DNA of 63,829 bases, the filler included, from Octopus bimaculoides (lineage: Eukaryota), in assembly GCF_001194135.2 (NCBI RefSeq). It is 3 parts of 3 records of this genome, joined end to end, with 100 filler letters (N's around TTAATTAATTAA, not from the genome) between each part and the next. Parts side by side here need not be neighbours in the genome. Positions count along the whole stretch, not along the records: positions 1 to 30,260 come from NC_068997.1; positions 30,361 to 58,541 come from NC_068982.1; 1 more part is not named here. One strand, given 5' to 3'. The position numbers were made by a program, and so were the translations under genes. Below are positions 28,203 through 42,087 of this stretch, piece by piece. Position 1 is the stretch's first letter; each line of letters opens with the position of its first letter. The notes under the pieces are model-generated. The model worked only from the letters and a program-made list of their open reading frames with translations, was not told the DNA's origin and did no database searches.

Positions 28203-28524
28203 CTCCTCTCTTCTTTCACCATTTCATCCTCCTCCTTTCTCCTCGTCTTCCTTTTTTTCTTCCACTCCCTACTTTTCCCTCTTTCTATTACTCCTTTTCC
28301 TCCTGCTGCTCCTCGCTTCTTTCACCATTTCATCCTCCTCCTTTCTCCTCGTCTTCCTTTTTTTCTCCCACTCCCTACTTTTCCCTCTTTCTATTACTCC
28401 TTTTCCTCCTGCTTCTCCTCTCTTCTTTCACCATTTATCCTCCTCCTTTCTTCTCGTTCTCCTTTTTTTCTCCCACTCCCTACTTTTCCCTCTTTCTATT
28501 ACTCCTTTTCCTCCTGCTGCTCCT
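28203..28524. repeat. Pyrimidine-rich tandem repeat, 3 copies of a 106-bp unit
   Basis: TTCACCATTT recurs at 28215, 28321 and 28427. Confidence 0.9.
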
Positions 28525-30260
28525 GTTCCCCTTCAGAAATATCGCTAAAAAATCTTCCTTCCCCATGTAAGGAACAGTACTACGAACTCTTACTAAAAAT
28601 AAAATAAAACAATGCCTTTCTCAGGATGAGGTGGGGCGTATTTCAGTTTGACAATAAACTCAAACAAATGAAAATCTAAGAGACATACATTTCAATATAA
28701 ACTTGATCGAATTACGCCAAATAATCAACAGCTCGACAAATTCGAAAACAAAATATGGTCAAAAATATTAAGATTAAAGCCACTACTGTAAATTCCAATA
28801 AGATCTTATTATAAACTATACAAGAACAGGGGAACGAGGACGAAGTATATCATTTTACTCGGATAAAACTGAATAGAATAGACATTTTCACGTATAAGTT
28901 CATCATAGTGGAACTAATAATAAAATTACCTTAATTTTACGGAAATTTACATATGGCTAACCCAGGATGCAACAGAGAAATACCTAGGGACTTTGAATGC
29001 AACTCAAAGTTGATAGCAAACATGCTTTATTAGTTTAAGTATGGAAGATGAAATCCTACATCCAGCAATCTTTTACAAGGCCAATGCAATTCAGTCAGTC
29101 AGGCTGAACTATAGGTTTCCGAAAGAAGAATTAATGGCTCCAGCACAGTCATTAACTTATGAGAGAAATCCTCTGTCTGCTAATAAGTTGTCAAAACATA
29201 TTCGCGGTGTTTTGGTCTATGTTCTTTAGCCAATACAAGACACATGTGTACACTGGGAGGAGGAGGAGGAGGTTTTGCGGGGATATTGGTTTATTTGTTT
29301 CTGCGTGTGAGTTCATTCCACCTTGACAAAACTAAATGAACAATTTAAATAACTGTTTTCTCTCACGTAGCTTCTCAATGAATCTGTGTCTGTCTATCTC
29401 TCTCCCACNNNNNNNNNNNNNNNNNNNNNNNNNNNNNNNNNNNNNNNNNNNNNNNNNNNNNNNNNNNNNNNNNNNNTATATATGCATACATACATATACA
29501 CACACACATTTACTTATAAACACTCGTATTTTACATGTGATTGTTTTTGTATATAGTTAAGCATGTGTATGTTTGTGTGTGTGTAGGTGCGCGCGTGCGG
29601 TGTTTTATTAGATATTTTTCCTAATATTCAATGGTCCAACTAACACTGTGTGAAACAGACTTTTGGTGTATGTTGTATTCACATCAGAAACTTTTGTAAT
29701 TTTTATGTTCACTGAATTTCTTTGATAGTTGTTATACTTCATCTACACAGCATGACATGAAGCCGATGCTGGCGGCGGCGGCAGCGGGGACTATGATGCT
29801 GATGGTGACATTGTAAATTGTGCTAGTTGTGTTTGAACAGCTGGTGTCTCGGCTGATGTGCGTTTTATCTGATGTGAATTAGATTGCCGGAAAAAAGAAT
29901 CAACCACAAAATTACGTACGCACCAATATAGCAACATACAAACACACACACACCAAAAGATATACACAACTGCATTTACATAACGAACAGAATAGGGAAT
30001 AGTGGGGTAGTTGGAAAACAGCAACCCATAAAACTCAAGTAAAACTGTTTTGAAAGAAGAAAGGGAGTTTAAAATACCATTTTTTCAAATAATTTGTGTA
30101 CACACGCACCCGTATTGATCGATCGATCGCTTGATTAATTGTTGTTTACACTAAACTTGTGAATATATATGCCGTGTGCTTTGTATGTTTGGCAGCATAC
30201 GCATGTAACATTACAATACGATTAACAATAGCCTCTGTGTGTGTATATATATATATATAT

Positions 30261-30360
30261 NNNNNNNNNNNNNNNNNNNNNNNNNNNNNNNNNNNNNNNN
30301 NNNNTTAATTAATTAANNNNNNNNNNNNNNNNNNNNNNNNNNNNNNNNNNNNNNNNNNNN
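30261..30360. other. Artificial scaffold-join spacer N44-TTAATTAATTAA-N44
   Basis: Exactly 100 bp with a stop-in-all-frames linker; identical structure at 58542-58641. Confidence 0.9.
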
Positions 30361-30690
30361 TAGGTGTCTAGGCCAATTGTGGCTACCTTCATTGATAATG
30401 CCAGCTGTAGAAGTCCTCGGCCTCCTTCTTTTCTTGGCAGATAAAGACGTTCTATATCTGCCTTAGGGTGGTGCATTCTATGCATTGTCAACAGTTTTCG
30501 TATTTTTCTGTCAACATTACATATTTCAGTAATTGACCAGTTAATGATGTTGAAACTGTAAGTCACGACTGGTATGGCTAGAGCATTGATCGCTTCGATC
30601 CTGTTTCTCGCGTTCAGCTCTGTCTTCAGTATTGCTCTCACCCTGCGATAACATTCTCTTCTGATCCGTTCCCTCATCACTGAGTGCTTG
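30361..30690 (-). mobile_element. R4/Dong-like LINE, reverse transcriptase C-terminal/thumb segment (open frame, cut by the scaffold join)
   Basis: ORF 30309-30680: YRRVRAILKTELNARNRIEAINALAIPVVTYSF..DRKIRKLLTMHRMHHPKADIERLYLPRKEGGRGL. Confidence 0.9.
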
Positions 30691-33600
30691 ATAAAACGTA
30701 CTAATGTTCGTTGCTTACTGCATGATTTCGGTTATAAATTAACGGTTTGTTTCAGTAGTCACGCAGATCTGTGTACAGCTCACATATAAACATTGAGTGG
30801 GTGTCTTAATAAACGTATCTATATTTCACTCACGCGATACACTTTTTAATTTGAAACATGCATAGCTAGATAGTTAAGATACGCTTTGCATTTATCAAGC
30901 TCCGAGTTTGATCCTACTGGGTAACGTATTATCCAGTTATATTGTGTCATTTATATTTTGAAACTGCCGCATCGTGATTTTGCTTCCATGTCTGTATATA
31001 ATGATGCTGCATTACTAAGTGCCTGTGGATGATGAGATAGTTGCGAGGAAGAGATGGAAGATGAACAGAAAATATACTTCTAAAATGACTGGAAACTTCC
31101 TTATTCATCCTGAAGTTTTCAATACAGCTCATACATACTAACAATGGTGGTTCATTGATATTGCTTGTGGAGTTTCTGACAGGGCAAAACTTACTCTCAC
31201 TAAATTTTCCTGAAGATCATTTAATGATTTTGCTCTCTTCCTTAAATCTCATTAAATTAGTAGTTACTATAGAGTTTGCTTTCTAGCTCTGCTTCCCATC
31301 TAACAGTGTTGATATCGCTTGCTTTAATGGTATGCATGCACACATCTTTGCATTTAGGGAGCGGTTGACTTTTGCCTCCCGACTAAATTGCCTGATCAAC
31401 ATTTATCCAGATTTTCAACAAACATCTTTCATCCGATGCATGAAAGTCTTTGTTGGAGTCGCAAGATAAAATTAAAGGGAATTATTACGACTGTAAGTCG
31501 ATGTGTGGATCCTAGATAATCATTTGTCCGCCAATAATCTCCACACACATTTACTAAATATATTGCGAATTTTGTGTTGTTCTTAGGAGTATTATCTTCA
31601 TGACCCGCTGCTATGATGTATTGAGCCGAGAACACATTCTTTATACATGGACAGCTTTGTAGATATAATGAGCTGTTTATTCTACTAGGCTTTCATAGTG
31701 TATTTTCAGATGGTACCGCTTGCTATGTGGATGCACACTTTGAGATGTTCATCCAGGACAAGATTTTGTGCTGTAGGTAAATGCAAGATATCGAAATACA
31801 TGCAACAGGGATATTTTCTTGTTTTGGGACTTAATATTTTAGTGCATTAAATGAGGCAATTCAGAATATTTGAGCGAATAATTAAGTCTCAATAATATCT
31901 GTACATGGTCATAAGATTTTGAAACCATCTTTTGTTTTGAACTGATTATTACAATATCAAAAAACAGTATCTCCCAGGGGTGACTTCCTTACTTTAGAGT
32001 TGATCTTTAGATTGTTTGCAAGAAAGAGCTGTCAAAGTGACATATACATATTTGTAAGCTTGCAAAGTCAGAGACTAAGAAAAAAATAGAATGAATAAAA
32101 AACGATAACATGGAAACGGCAATGAAAGTTGAGGGCTTGGAAAATGATTGGAATGAAGTTTGAAAGAAAGATGATTAAATTCTATGCTTCGATAAATGCA
32201 GAAGAGATTGGATATGCAGAAGAGATTGGATAGGTAATCAACAAATAACACGAGCAGTTTTGCTTAATAGATACTAAAGTGAAATGCTTCAACCGATGAG
32301 AAATTCTAAATTTATGAGAATGTGAATACATTTCCTAAGTTTCGGGTTACGCTTAAACCACAAGTAAGCCGTTTATCTAGTAAAATTAGCGATACGGATT
32401 TTGATAAGATAGTTCGGATGTCATAAAAATATTACTAAATTTGTTAAGTCGACTAAGGAGATTAAAAAGATCTTAGTAAAAACAATCATAAACTTGATCA
32501 TGAATTTTGAATTTCTGAGACCAATGGGCACTGATCAATACATAGAGTTTATTCTATTCTCTCTTATTTTATTTGTGTTCTACTTTTATTTATATATATA
32601 CCTTATTTGTATCTTATTTACTTCATATTTTATTCCTTTTATTTGTATTGTTATTGCACTTACATGTTATATTACTTTATTTTATTCTACCTTATTCCTT
32701 TTTTATTTTAATTTATATCATATTATATTTCAATTAATCAGTCGTCCCTCACGCATACACATAAATAAAAATAGAATTACTTCATGTACTTAGTCAGCCA
32801 GTACGAACTAAAATGTCAACATGTACTCATTTATTGTATATCTTTTTCCCTGATGACATTGTGTTTACCTTATAAATGCAACTTGAAGCCTTAAATTTGT
32901 AATTTATTTAATAAGCACAATCGAAACAGCTCTAGGAAGTGTGAAGTATCATTTTATTGATAAATAAATATTATCTTTCAAATTACCGTCTTTTTTTTCT
33001 GCTGTTAAGCAAATACGGATTATATGCATAATATATACCTATTCATTTAGGGAAATCTTATTTCTCAAAGTTATATTTCGTACTGAATACCCTTACTAGG
33101 TATTATCTGTAAAAGAGAATTACATGTTTAAAAAACTATAAGCGCCATAACACAATCGTTTTTAAAATTTGGCATGTGTTTTCTGTATTGATGTGTATGC
33201 TGCGTTTGTTTTCGTCACAAAGCTTAAATACGACATTTTCTTGGATCTTATCATCTCTTTAAGAGGTTAATTTATACTCTGTTCAAAGTATACATAAATA
33301 TATACATACACAGCCTTGGTAATCCGTTACAGTATTTACCTGGCGTAACTAGTCGTTTAGATCACCTTTGAACTAAACCTTCATACATTGTATATATATA
33401 TATATAAATATATATATANNNNNNNNNNNNNNNNNNNNNNNNNNNNNNNNNNNNNNNNNNNNNNNNNNNNNNNNNNNNNNNNNNNNNNNNNNNNNNNNNN
33501 NNNNNNNNNNNNNNNNNNNNNNNNNNNNNNNNNNNNNNNNNNNNNNNNNNNNNNNNNNNNNNNNNNNNNNNNNNNNNNNNNNNNNNNNNNNNNNNNNNNN

Positions 33601-34086
33601 NNNNNNNNNNNNNNNNNNNNNNNNNNNNNNNNNNNNNNNNNNNNNNNNNNNNNNNNNNNNNNNNNNNNNNNNNNNNNNNNNNNNNNNNNNNNNNNNNNNN
33701 NNNNNNNNNNNNNNNNNNNNNNNNNNNNNNNNNNNNNNNNNNNNNNNNNNNNNNNNNNNNNNNNNNNNNNNNNNNNNNNNNNNNNNNNNNNNNNNNNNNN
33801 NNNNNNNNNNNNNNNNNNNNNNNNNNNNNNNNNNNNNNNNNNNNNNNNNNNNNNNNNNNNNNNNNNNNNNNNNNNNNNNNNNNNNNNNNNNNNNNNNNNN
33901 NNNNNNNNNNNNNNNNNNNNNNNNNNNNNNNNNNNNNNNNNNNNNNNNNNNNNNNNNNNNNNNNNNNNNNNNNNNNNNNNNNNNNNNNNNNNNNNNNNNN
34001 NNNNNNNNNNNNNNNNNNNNNNNNNNNNNNNNNNNNNNNNNNNNNNNNNNNNNNNNNNNNNNNNNNNNNNNNNNNNNNNNNNNNNN

Positions 34087-34164
<78 letters not shown>

Positions 34165-34697
34165 GTGCGGGTGTATGTGTGTATGTGTGTGTGTGTGTGT
34201 TTGTGTATAAAGTGTGTACATGTACATATGTACATATGCACGGTACTATGTCACAGGTCTCTTAGTTCAATAGTACAGCACGCTTCCCTTGCGTTTGAGA
34301 GGTTCGGTCTTTTGTAGCGAGTTGCTATGTAAATCATTAAAGACACGTTTCCAGCGTAGCTCTAAACTTTGGCTGAAATTTAGAAAAAAATACACACACA
34401 CACATATCTACTTACACATACTGATATATGTATGTGTGTATATATACATACTTAATGTTGAACTAATAACAAGGGAGTACATCCACTACAATATGGTTCG
34501 AAGAACCATGTTGCAGTATATATACTTATTTAATTTTTTTATTGTCAATTGAGAGTTTGTCGCGCGAGTGGACTTTCATGCTGATGTGATTGTCGGGTGA
34601 ATCACTTCTTTTCCCTGAAGTTTGCATATCTATAAACATGTTTGTATGTTTATGTCTATAAGTGTATATGTATATATATATATATATGTTATGTGTA

Positions 34698-34729
<32 letters not shown>

Positions 34730-36534
34730 CGTGTGTGTGTGTGTATTATGTATGCATGTATGCACACTTGTGTATTTCTACACATATTATAGATTATATT
34801 TTTATTAAAATTATATGGCAATTCTTCATTTATTGCAGTCTCTACGGCTTTTGATTTAGAGATAGTAGTTTGTATTAATCTGCATTATCTAATAAATCAC
34901 TTCTTCTTTAGTGCAACGATAAATTTCGTAAGAATCAGTATTTTGGTGTTATTTATTTGTAATCTTCATTTATGACAATAACAATTTTTAGAGTCAGTTG
35001 ATTTTAATTGCATTTACGGTGAATTATTTCACACTATTTAGGAATTCCTTTGCACTAGATTTCTATATACAAGTATACATTTCCATGATCTTATTATCAT
35101 ATTTTCCCCTGAAATCGGTTCGAATATGTGTGACAGCTTGAATATAATTGCGATTTTAACAGGTACTCTTAAAACTAATAATGACGTCCGGTTGAGTAGT
35201 AAAAGAGCAGCAAAAAATTAATGTGTAGCAACATATCATTTCTGTAAAAGGTACTATTTCCAAATGATATGTTACGTCACAAGGATGATATAAAGAAAGG
35301 TATACAATATAAAGTAGAACATTTGAAATTGAAAATCACAAGTACATGCTAAAAATTTCACATATTAACTCAAGGAGATAGATTTCAGTGTCTACGCAGC
35401 TTCTTGATATGTTAGAAGTAGCAGCAAATTGTTCATCAGCTCATAGACTGCCATGTGAAGACTACGTTTGATAAACTACAGCGGATATTCCCAAATGATG
35501 ATATGGCCCTAAACGGTATGATTTTGATTACTGATATAACCTTGACTGGTAGTTGAACAGCGATAAGAATTTCCTACATGTACTCAAATATTTGACGAAT
35601 CAGAGATTTCATTATTTATACTACACGATATAATTTCCTGATATTTCCATTATAGCAAAGAATAAACTAGAAACAACTAAATAATGAAATGGCTAAATAT
35701 CTTATTAAAAGTCAGTAAACATAGAGTTAATTTTTGTTAAATTCAATAGAATCGTACAAATGTGTACATGTAGGCGTACGTATATGTTTATACGTACTTG
35801 TGAAAACTTGTATAATGCATCATGAGTATAGTTAAGCAAAGTAAATTGACAGTCTGTCACTTCTTTTAGCAAATGATTATTTCTTACAACAGGGAATTTC
35901 AGATATTTAATTGCCATTTACCAGAATACAGGATTTTTTTTTTATTCTGGTTATTATTTTATCTTTTTACTTTTATTTTGTTAGCAAAAAATTGATTGCA
36001 TGTAAAGTTAAGAGAAAGTAACAATATTGCTAAAAGTTATGTATAGCGCTAAATTTTAAATGAAGCACACCTCACGAGCTCGACAATCAAGAAAATTCAC
36101 TTGAAATTTCGAAGTTGATTTCTCTTACCATAAACCTTTAAGCAGTTATGAACACATACGTATTGACTTTACATTATTAACATACCAACACATTTGAAAT
36201 TATATAGCTTTTACTAATGATATTCATCTTCAACTTGCTCATATAACACACACAAACACACATACACACACACACGTGTGTGTGTGTGTGTGTGTGTTAT
36301 ATGAGCAACTTGAAGATGAATAAGATTAGTATAAACTATTTCGCTACCTCTATAATTAGGGTGGTGAAAATAATATTCCCTTATATTCTAAAGAATCTCC
36401 GGCATTAGCATAATTGATAGCTTTAACATTCCGCCTAATTTTCTACATTGTGACGGCTGCAGCAAAAGCATATGCAGGGATGGGAGTGTACATAATATAT
36501 CAGACTGGAATGCATTTCTGTGAGAATGAAACAC

Positions 36535-36678
36535 GCGTGCGTGGCATTTGCTTAGGGTGTTGGACTCGTGATCGTAAAGTTGTGGTTTCGATTACTAGAC
36601 CAGGCTATGCATTGTGTTCTTACGCAAAACACTATATATCACGTTGCTCCAGTCCAATCAGCTGGCAAAATCGAGTAA
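36535..36678 (+). mobile_element. tRNA-derived SINE head plus central domain, truncated by a gap
   Basis: TTAGGGTGTTGGACTCGTGATCGTAAAGTTGTGGTTTCGATT (tRNA-like) followed by TTGTGTTCTTACGCAAAACACT..GCTCCAGTCCAATCAGCTGGCAAAA. Confidence 0.7.
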
Positions 36679-37610
36679 NNNNNNNNNNNNNNNNNNNNNN
36701 NNNNNNNNNNNNNNNNNNNNNNNNNNNNNNNNNNNNNNNNNNNNNNNNNNNNNNNNNNNNNNNNNNNNNNNNNNNNNNGTGTGTATGTGTGTGTGTGTGT
36801 ATGTGTGTGTGTGTATGTGTGTGTGAGTGATGCGATTGATTAGATACAAATACAGTGTTAGGATGCCCGTCTTGTTTGTAACCAGGTTACGTTCGCGCAG
36901 CTACGTGATCCGTTAGAAGAATATGCATCTGGTATGGGGTTATAACGTAGATAGCATGTAGTATGAAAGAATAACAGGAAGCAAGCTGTTAGTATTTATT
37001 TTGCTTATTCCGTATCTATTACGGTCATTTTAGCGGTCGATAATGAAGATCAGAGAATAATTACAAATAATAATTTATAAATTATAATCAATCAAATTGA
37101 TCATGGATCATATCTTCAGACGGAAACCAGGAATTCGATATTTCTGCATTCCAGCTCAATATGCGATCCATCATCGAGCTAATCGATTAGAATTTATAAT
37201 TTATGATTTATAATTTATAATTTCAAAATATTCCTTGATCTTGCTTATCGATCGTAAATGATCGAAATGGGTGCTAAATAAACCAAATAACATCAACTTG
37301 CTTCCAGTTGTTCTCAATTTCTAATGTGTGTGTGTGTAAAGGCAGAGAGAGAGAGAGTTGTCAAAGATTTCATAAGTCAGAAAAGAATGGTGATATATAT
37401 TTGTCATTAGAGTAGATGTACTAACATTTGTACTATGCTGAATTATAGATCCATTACAGCGGAATCTACCTATCGTTTGACGCATTATATAATCTAAGAC
37501 GTACGTTATCTCTCAACTTGTGGGCCAAACTGATTGATAAAATAAACAGAAATAGATATAAAATATTATATGAAAGTAAAATACTGTATATACATATATA
37601 AGGCCCCAAG

Positions 37611-37652
<42 letters not shown>

Positions 37653-38034
37653 NNNNNNNNNNNNNNNNNNNNNNNNNNNNNNNNNNNNNNNNNNNNNNNN
37701 NNNNNNNNNNNNNNNNNNNNNNNNNNNNNNNNNNNNNNNNNNNNNNNNNNNNNNNNNNNNNNNNNNNNNNNNNNNNNNNNNNNNNNNNNNNNNNNNNNNN
37801 NNNNNNNNNNNNNNNNNNNNNNNNNNNNNNNNNNNNNNNNNNNNNNNNNNNNNNNNNNNNNNNNNNNNNNNNNNNNNNNNNNNNNNNNNNNNNNNNNNNN
37901 NNNNNNNNNNNNNNNNNNNNNNNNNNNNNNNNNNNNNNNNNNNNNNNNNNNNNNNNNNNNNNNNNNNNNNNNNNNNNNNNNNNNNNTATATATATATATA
38001 TATATATATATATCAACGGAAAGGAACAGCATGC

Positions 38035-38240
38035 TCATGAAGCTAACGTGCATGTAGCTGAGCATTCCATAAACACGTGTATCCTTAACGTAGTTCTCGA
38101 GGACATTCAGCGTGAAACAGAGTTTGACAAGGCTTGCCCTTTGAGATACAGGTTCTACTCATTATTGAAGCAACCTAAAATAAGGTGTCTTGCTCAAGGA
38201 TACAACGCGTCGCCGGGGTTTGAACTGAAGACCTTATGAT
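38035..38240 (-). mobile_element. Decayed SINE related to 26516-26903
   Basis: GCTGAGCATTCCATAAACACGTGTATCCTTAACGTAGTTCTCG aligns to 26608-26650; a tRNA-like head lies at about 38200-38240. Confidence 0.65.
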
Positions 38241-38439
38241 CTTGAGCAACGTCGTTTTCAATAAGCAAATAAGTCTGTTATTCTATTATGCCGGCCACAA
38301 TCTGATGATCCTGCATGGTGAATCACTTCTGGAAATTGCACAGAGTTGTAGATTAAATAATAAAATAGTAGAAGCAGAGAAAATAATATACACTAAGAAG
38401 ATCAATAACATTATTAAAAGAAATGGGGAAATAAGTGAT

Positions 38440-38630
38440 GAAATTATTTGGCTTAACCCAATCTTCAATTCTTAAATAAAATCCAAAAGAAGCCAGGAAT
38501 ACTTCGCAGCATTAGATAGACGCTTCCCAAGATCTTCCAAACGTCGCAAAATCATAAACAACATAATGTAAAAGTAGCATACGTGACCTCTCACAATCTA
38601 GACTACCACACACACAAACTACATAATACA
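38440..38630 (+). mobile_element. Penelope-like element, RT-thumb/linker remnant
   Basis: IIWLNPIFNS*IKS..EYFAALDRRFPRSSKRRKI/NKHNVKVAYVTSHNL matches the PLE motif WFNPPF..F..LD..FP....KIFN..VK.SY. Confidence 0.7.
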
Positions 38631-40206
38631 GGACGAAATGGAATATTACGGGAGGGGAATACAGAGCAACCGCAGATCATAGCATAGTATACGACGATGG
38701 AATGGTTGTAAATAGGAGTAAACTGTTTACTTCAGACTTCATTGAAGATAGTGATGCCTTAAATGAGATCGAAGAAGCGAATGTACTACATATCATTGAC
38801 GTCTGCAAACTGAGTAGCAAAATGAATCCAACATCAATACACGCACCTCCATCACCATATAACTACCTTTGCTTCCTCACTTTCCATCACTTTTGCCTCA
38901 TTCCCACTAAATACAAACAGAAATACGCACATAACTCAATCAACCTTCTCACTGGTCAAAAACAATAAACAAATCTCAGTTAAATTTCCATTAATACTGC
39001 NNNNNNNNNNNNNNNNNNNNNNNNNNNNNNNNNNNNNNNNNNNNNNNNNNNNNNNNNNNNNNNNNNNNNNNNNNNNNNNNNNNNNNNNNNNNNNNNNNNN
39101 NNNNNNNNNNNNNNNNNNNNNNNNNNNNNNNNNNNNNNNNNNNNNNNNNNNNNNNNNNNNNNNNNNNNNNNNNNNNNNNNNNNNNNNNNNNNNNNNNNNN
39201 NNNNNNNNNNNNNNNNNNNNNNNNNNNNNNNNNNNNNNNNNNNNNNNNNNNNNNNNNNNNNNNNNNNNNNNNNNNNNNNNNNNNNNNNNNNNNNNNNNNN
39301 NNNNNNNNNNNNNNNNNNNNNNNNNNNNNNNNNNNNNNNNNNNNNNNNNNNNNNNNNNNNNNNNNNNNNNNNNNNNNNNNNNNNNNNNNNNNNNNAATTC
39401 AGCCGGTCAGGTTCTCATTCTGAAAATCTGTTTATCTAGATTATCATTTAAGCATTTACTGACAAAACCTATGGATGCATGTTTGTATGTATGTATGTAT
39501 GTATGTATGTATGTATGCATGTTTGTATGTATGTATGTATGTAGTTTTGCGTTCCTCTTCCGCTATCGCTTGGCAACCATTGTTCATGTGCTTAGGTCCT
39601 CGTAACTTACTGTTTAAACAAAATGCACCAATACAACAGTTACCAGGATTTAAAGAAATAAATACTACAGTTGATTCACTTGATTAAGAAAAGTTTTCTT
39701 TAATTCTTCAATGCGGTGCCCCAACATGACCACAGTTTACTGACTTGCTTACGTGTTTTTGCATGCAACAGTGTATGTATATACATATATACGTGAGTGT
39801 GTGTCGCGCGTGCGTATGTTTGTACATAGATACGCTTGCACCAACATATACAGATACATGCATATACATGGACACATGCACATATGTGTATGTGTGTGTG
39901 TGCGTGTGCGTGCTTTAATTTGATAACATTCATTAAAAGATATTTTATCGTCAAGGAAATTTATATTAACCCGAACGAAAATAGTATCTCCCCATGGCAA
40001 ATATAGCCTTGCACAGCAAAACACACAAGCACACACACGCATACATACACACACAAACTCACACACACATGTATATATATGTATATATATATGCATATAT
40101 ATATATANNNNNNNNNNAAATACAAACAGAAATACGCACATAACTCAATCAACCTTCTCACTGGTCAAAAACAATAAACAAATCTCAGTTAAATTTCCAT
40201 TAATAC

Positions 40207-40345
40207 TGCATCGCCTGAAGAAATGAATTCGTGAAGATAATCAACCCGATGCCCGCGGATACTACGGGCTACACTGTAATCATCCCAGGAATACGAACTG
40301 TGATTGTGAGAGAACGCAATTTGTGGAAACGCGCGTAGCGATGCA
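40207..40345 (+). ncRNA. Type I hammerhead ribozyme motif with ~105-nt helix II
   Basis: Helix I TGCATCGC/GCGATGCA (8/8), core CTGAAGA (40215-21), GAAAC (40326-30), helix III AC-GCGC-GT and a GUA site. The base of helix II has an A.G juxtaposition. Confidence 0.7.
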
Positions 40346-42028
40346 TTAAAATATTCATAACTTCGATTTAGGGGTTATTGTTATTATCACTATGGGTATG
40401 TATGTATGTATGTCTCTTCTATTTTTTAAATTATTATAAATCTTCCACAGAGAAGGGAACCAGTTTCAAATAAAGAAACAAGGCTCTGTCTTTGGGAAGT
40501 AATTAACACAGACAAATTCACATTTGGAATTTGAGAAAATTCTTGCATAATTTTATTGTTCCAGTCACAGATTGCACTGGCAATGTAAAATTCAGCCGGT
40601 CAGGTTCTCATTCTGAAAATCTGTTTATCTAGATTATCATTTAAGCATTTACTGACAAAACCTATGGATGCATGTTTGTATGTATGTATGTATGTATGTA
40701 TGTATGTATGCATGTTTGTATGTATGTATGTATGTAGTTTTGCGTTCCTCTTCCGCTATCGCTTGGCAACCATTGTTCATGTGCTTAGGTCCTCGTAACT
40801 TACTGTTTAAACNNNNNNNNNNNNNNNNNNNNNNNNNNNNNNNNNNNNNNNNNNNNNNNNNNNNNNNNNNNNNNNNNNNNNNNNNNNNNNNNNNNNNNNN
40901 NNNNNNNNNNNNNNNNNNNNNNNNNNNNNNNNNNNNNNNNNNNNNNNNNNNNNNNNNNNNNNNNNNNNNNNNNNNNNNNNNNNNNNNNNNNNNNNNNNNN
41001 NNNNNNNNNNNNNNNNNNNNNNNNNNNNNNNNNNNNNNNNNNNNNNNNNNNNNNNNNNNNNNNNNNNNNNNNNNNNNNNNNNNNNNNNNNNNNNNNNNNN
41101 NNNNNNNNNNNNNNNNNNNNNNNNNNNNNNNNNNNNNNNNNNNNNNNNNNNNNNNNNNNNNNNNNNNNNNNNNNNNNNNNNNNNNNNNNNNNNNNNNNNN
41201 NNNNNNNNNNNNNNNNNNNNNNNNNNNNNNNNNNNNNNNNNNNNNNNNNNNNNNNNNNNNNNNNNNNNNNNNNNNNNNNNNNNNNNNNNNNNNNNNNNNN
41301 NNNNNNNNNNNNNNNNNNNNNNNNNNNNNNNNNNNNNNNNNNNNNNNNNNNNNNNNNNNNNNNNNNNNNNNNNNNNNNNNNNNNNNNNNNNNNNNNNNNN
41401 NNNNNNNNNNNNNNTATATATATATATATATGCGTCTGTGTTCGCCTCAACTCATGCAAATATATGAGTTTCTTCTCACATCCAATTTAGTCCAGACAGT
41501 AATGATGTAAATTTATATAATACATTCACATATAAACAATACCGTATTATAATATAATTATATCTAATTGCTATCATAACTATATATTTTTTACGGACGT
41601 ATAAATTTGATAATAGATATATAATAAATTATTCATATTCCTTATCTGGGTACGCAAATTCATTTATATATATATATATATCGATGAATGTTTTCGACTA
41701 TGTAAAATACACAATATTTGCTAATTGTAGCGGTTATAAATCTGTTCTCCCATCAAGTAAAGATAAAACAAATTTATGTAAATTGGTTTTAGTGGAAGAT
41801 GGCGACTGATTTCTAAACTTATAATTATATATCTGCCTAAAACACACGCGTGCACATATACGTATGTATATATGTATGTATGTATGTATGTATTAATGTG
41901 TATATGTATTAGAAGTATACACATATATACATATGTGTACTTACACATACTTTCATGTATATATATAGATATATATGCTTTTATATATGCATATATACAG
42001 ACATATATATATAATATATATATGTATG

Positions 42029-42087
<59 letters not shown>

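Noticed and set aside
28128-28607. 159-aa Leu/Phe/Ser/Pro ORF
   Set aside because: A by-product of the pyrimidine-only 106-bp tandem repeat.
35375-35450. Minus-strand CTGATGA...GAAATC hammerhead-like spacing
   Set aside because: The base of helix II and helix I do not pair.
38909-40812. Genuine local segmental duplication
   Set aside because: The copies are identical, end exactly at gap edges and bracket a gap of matching size, which points to an assembly artefact.
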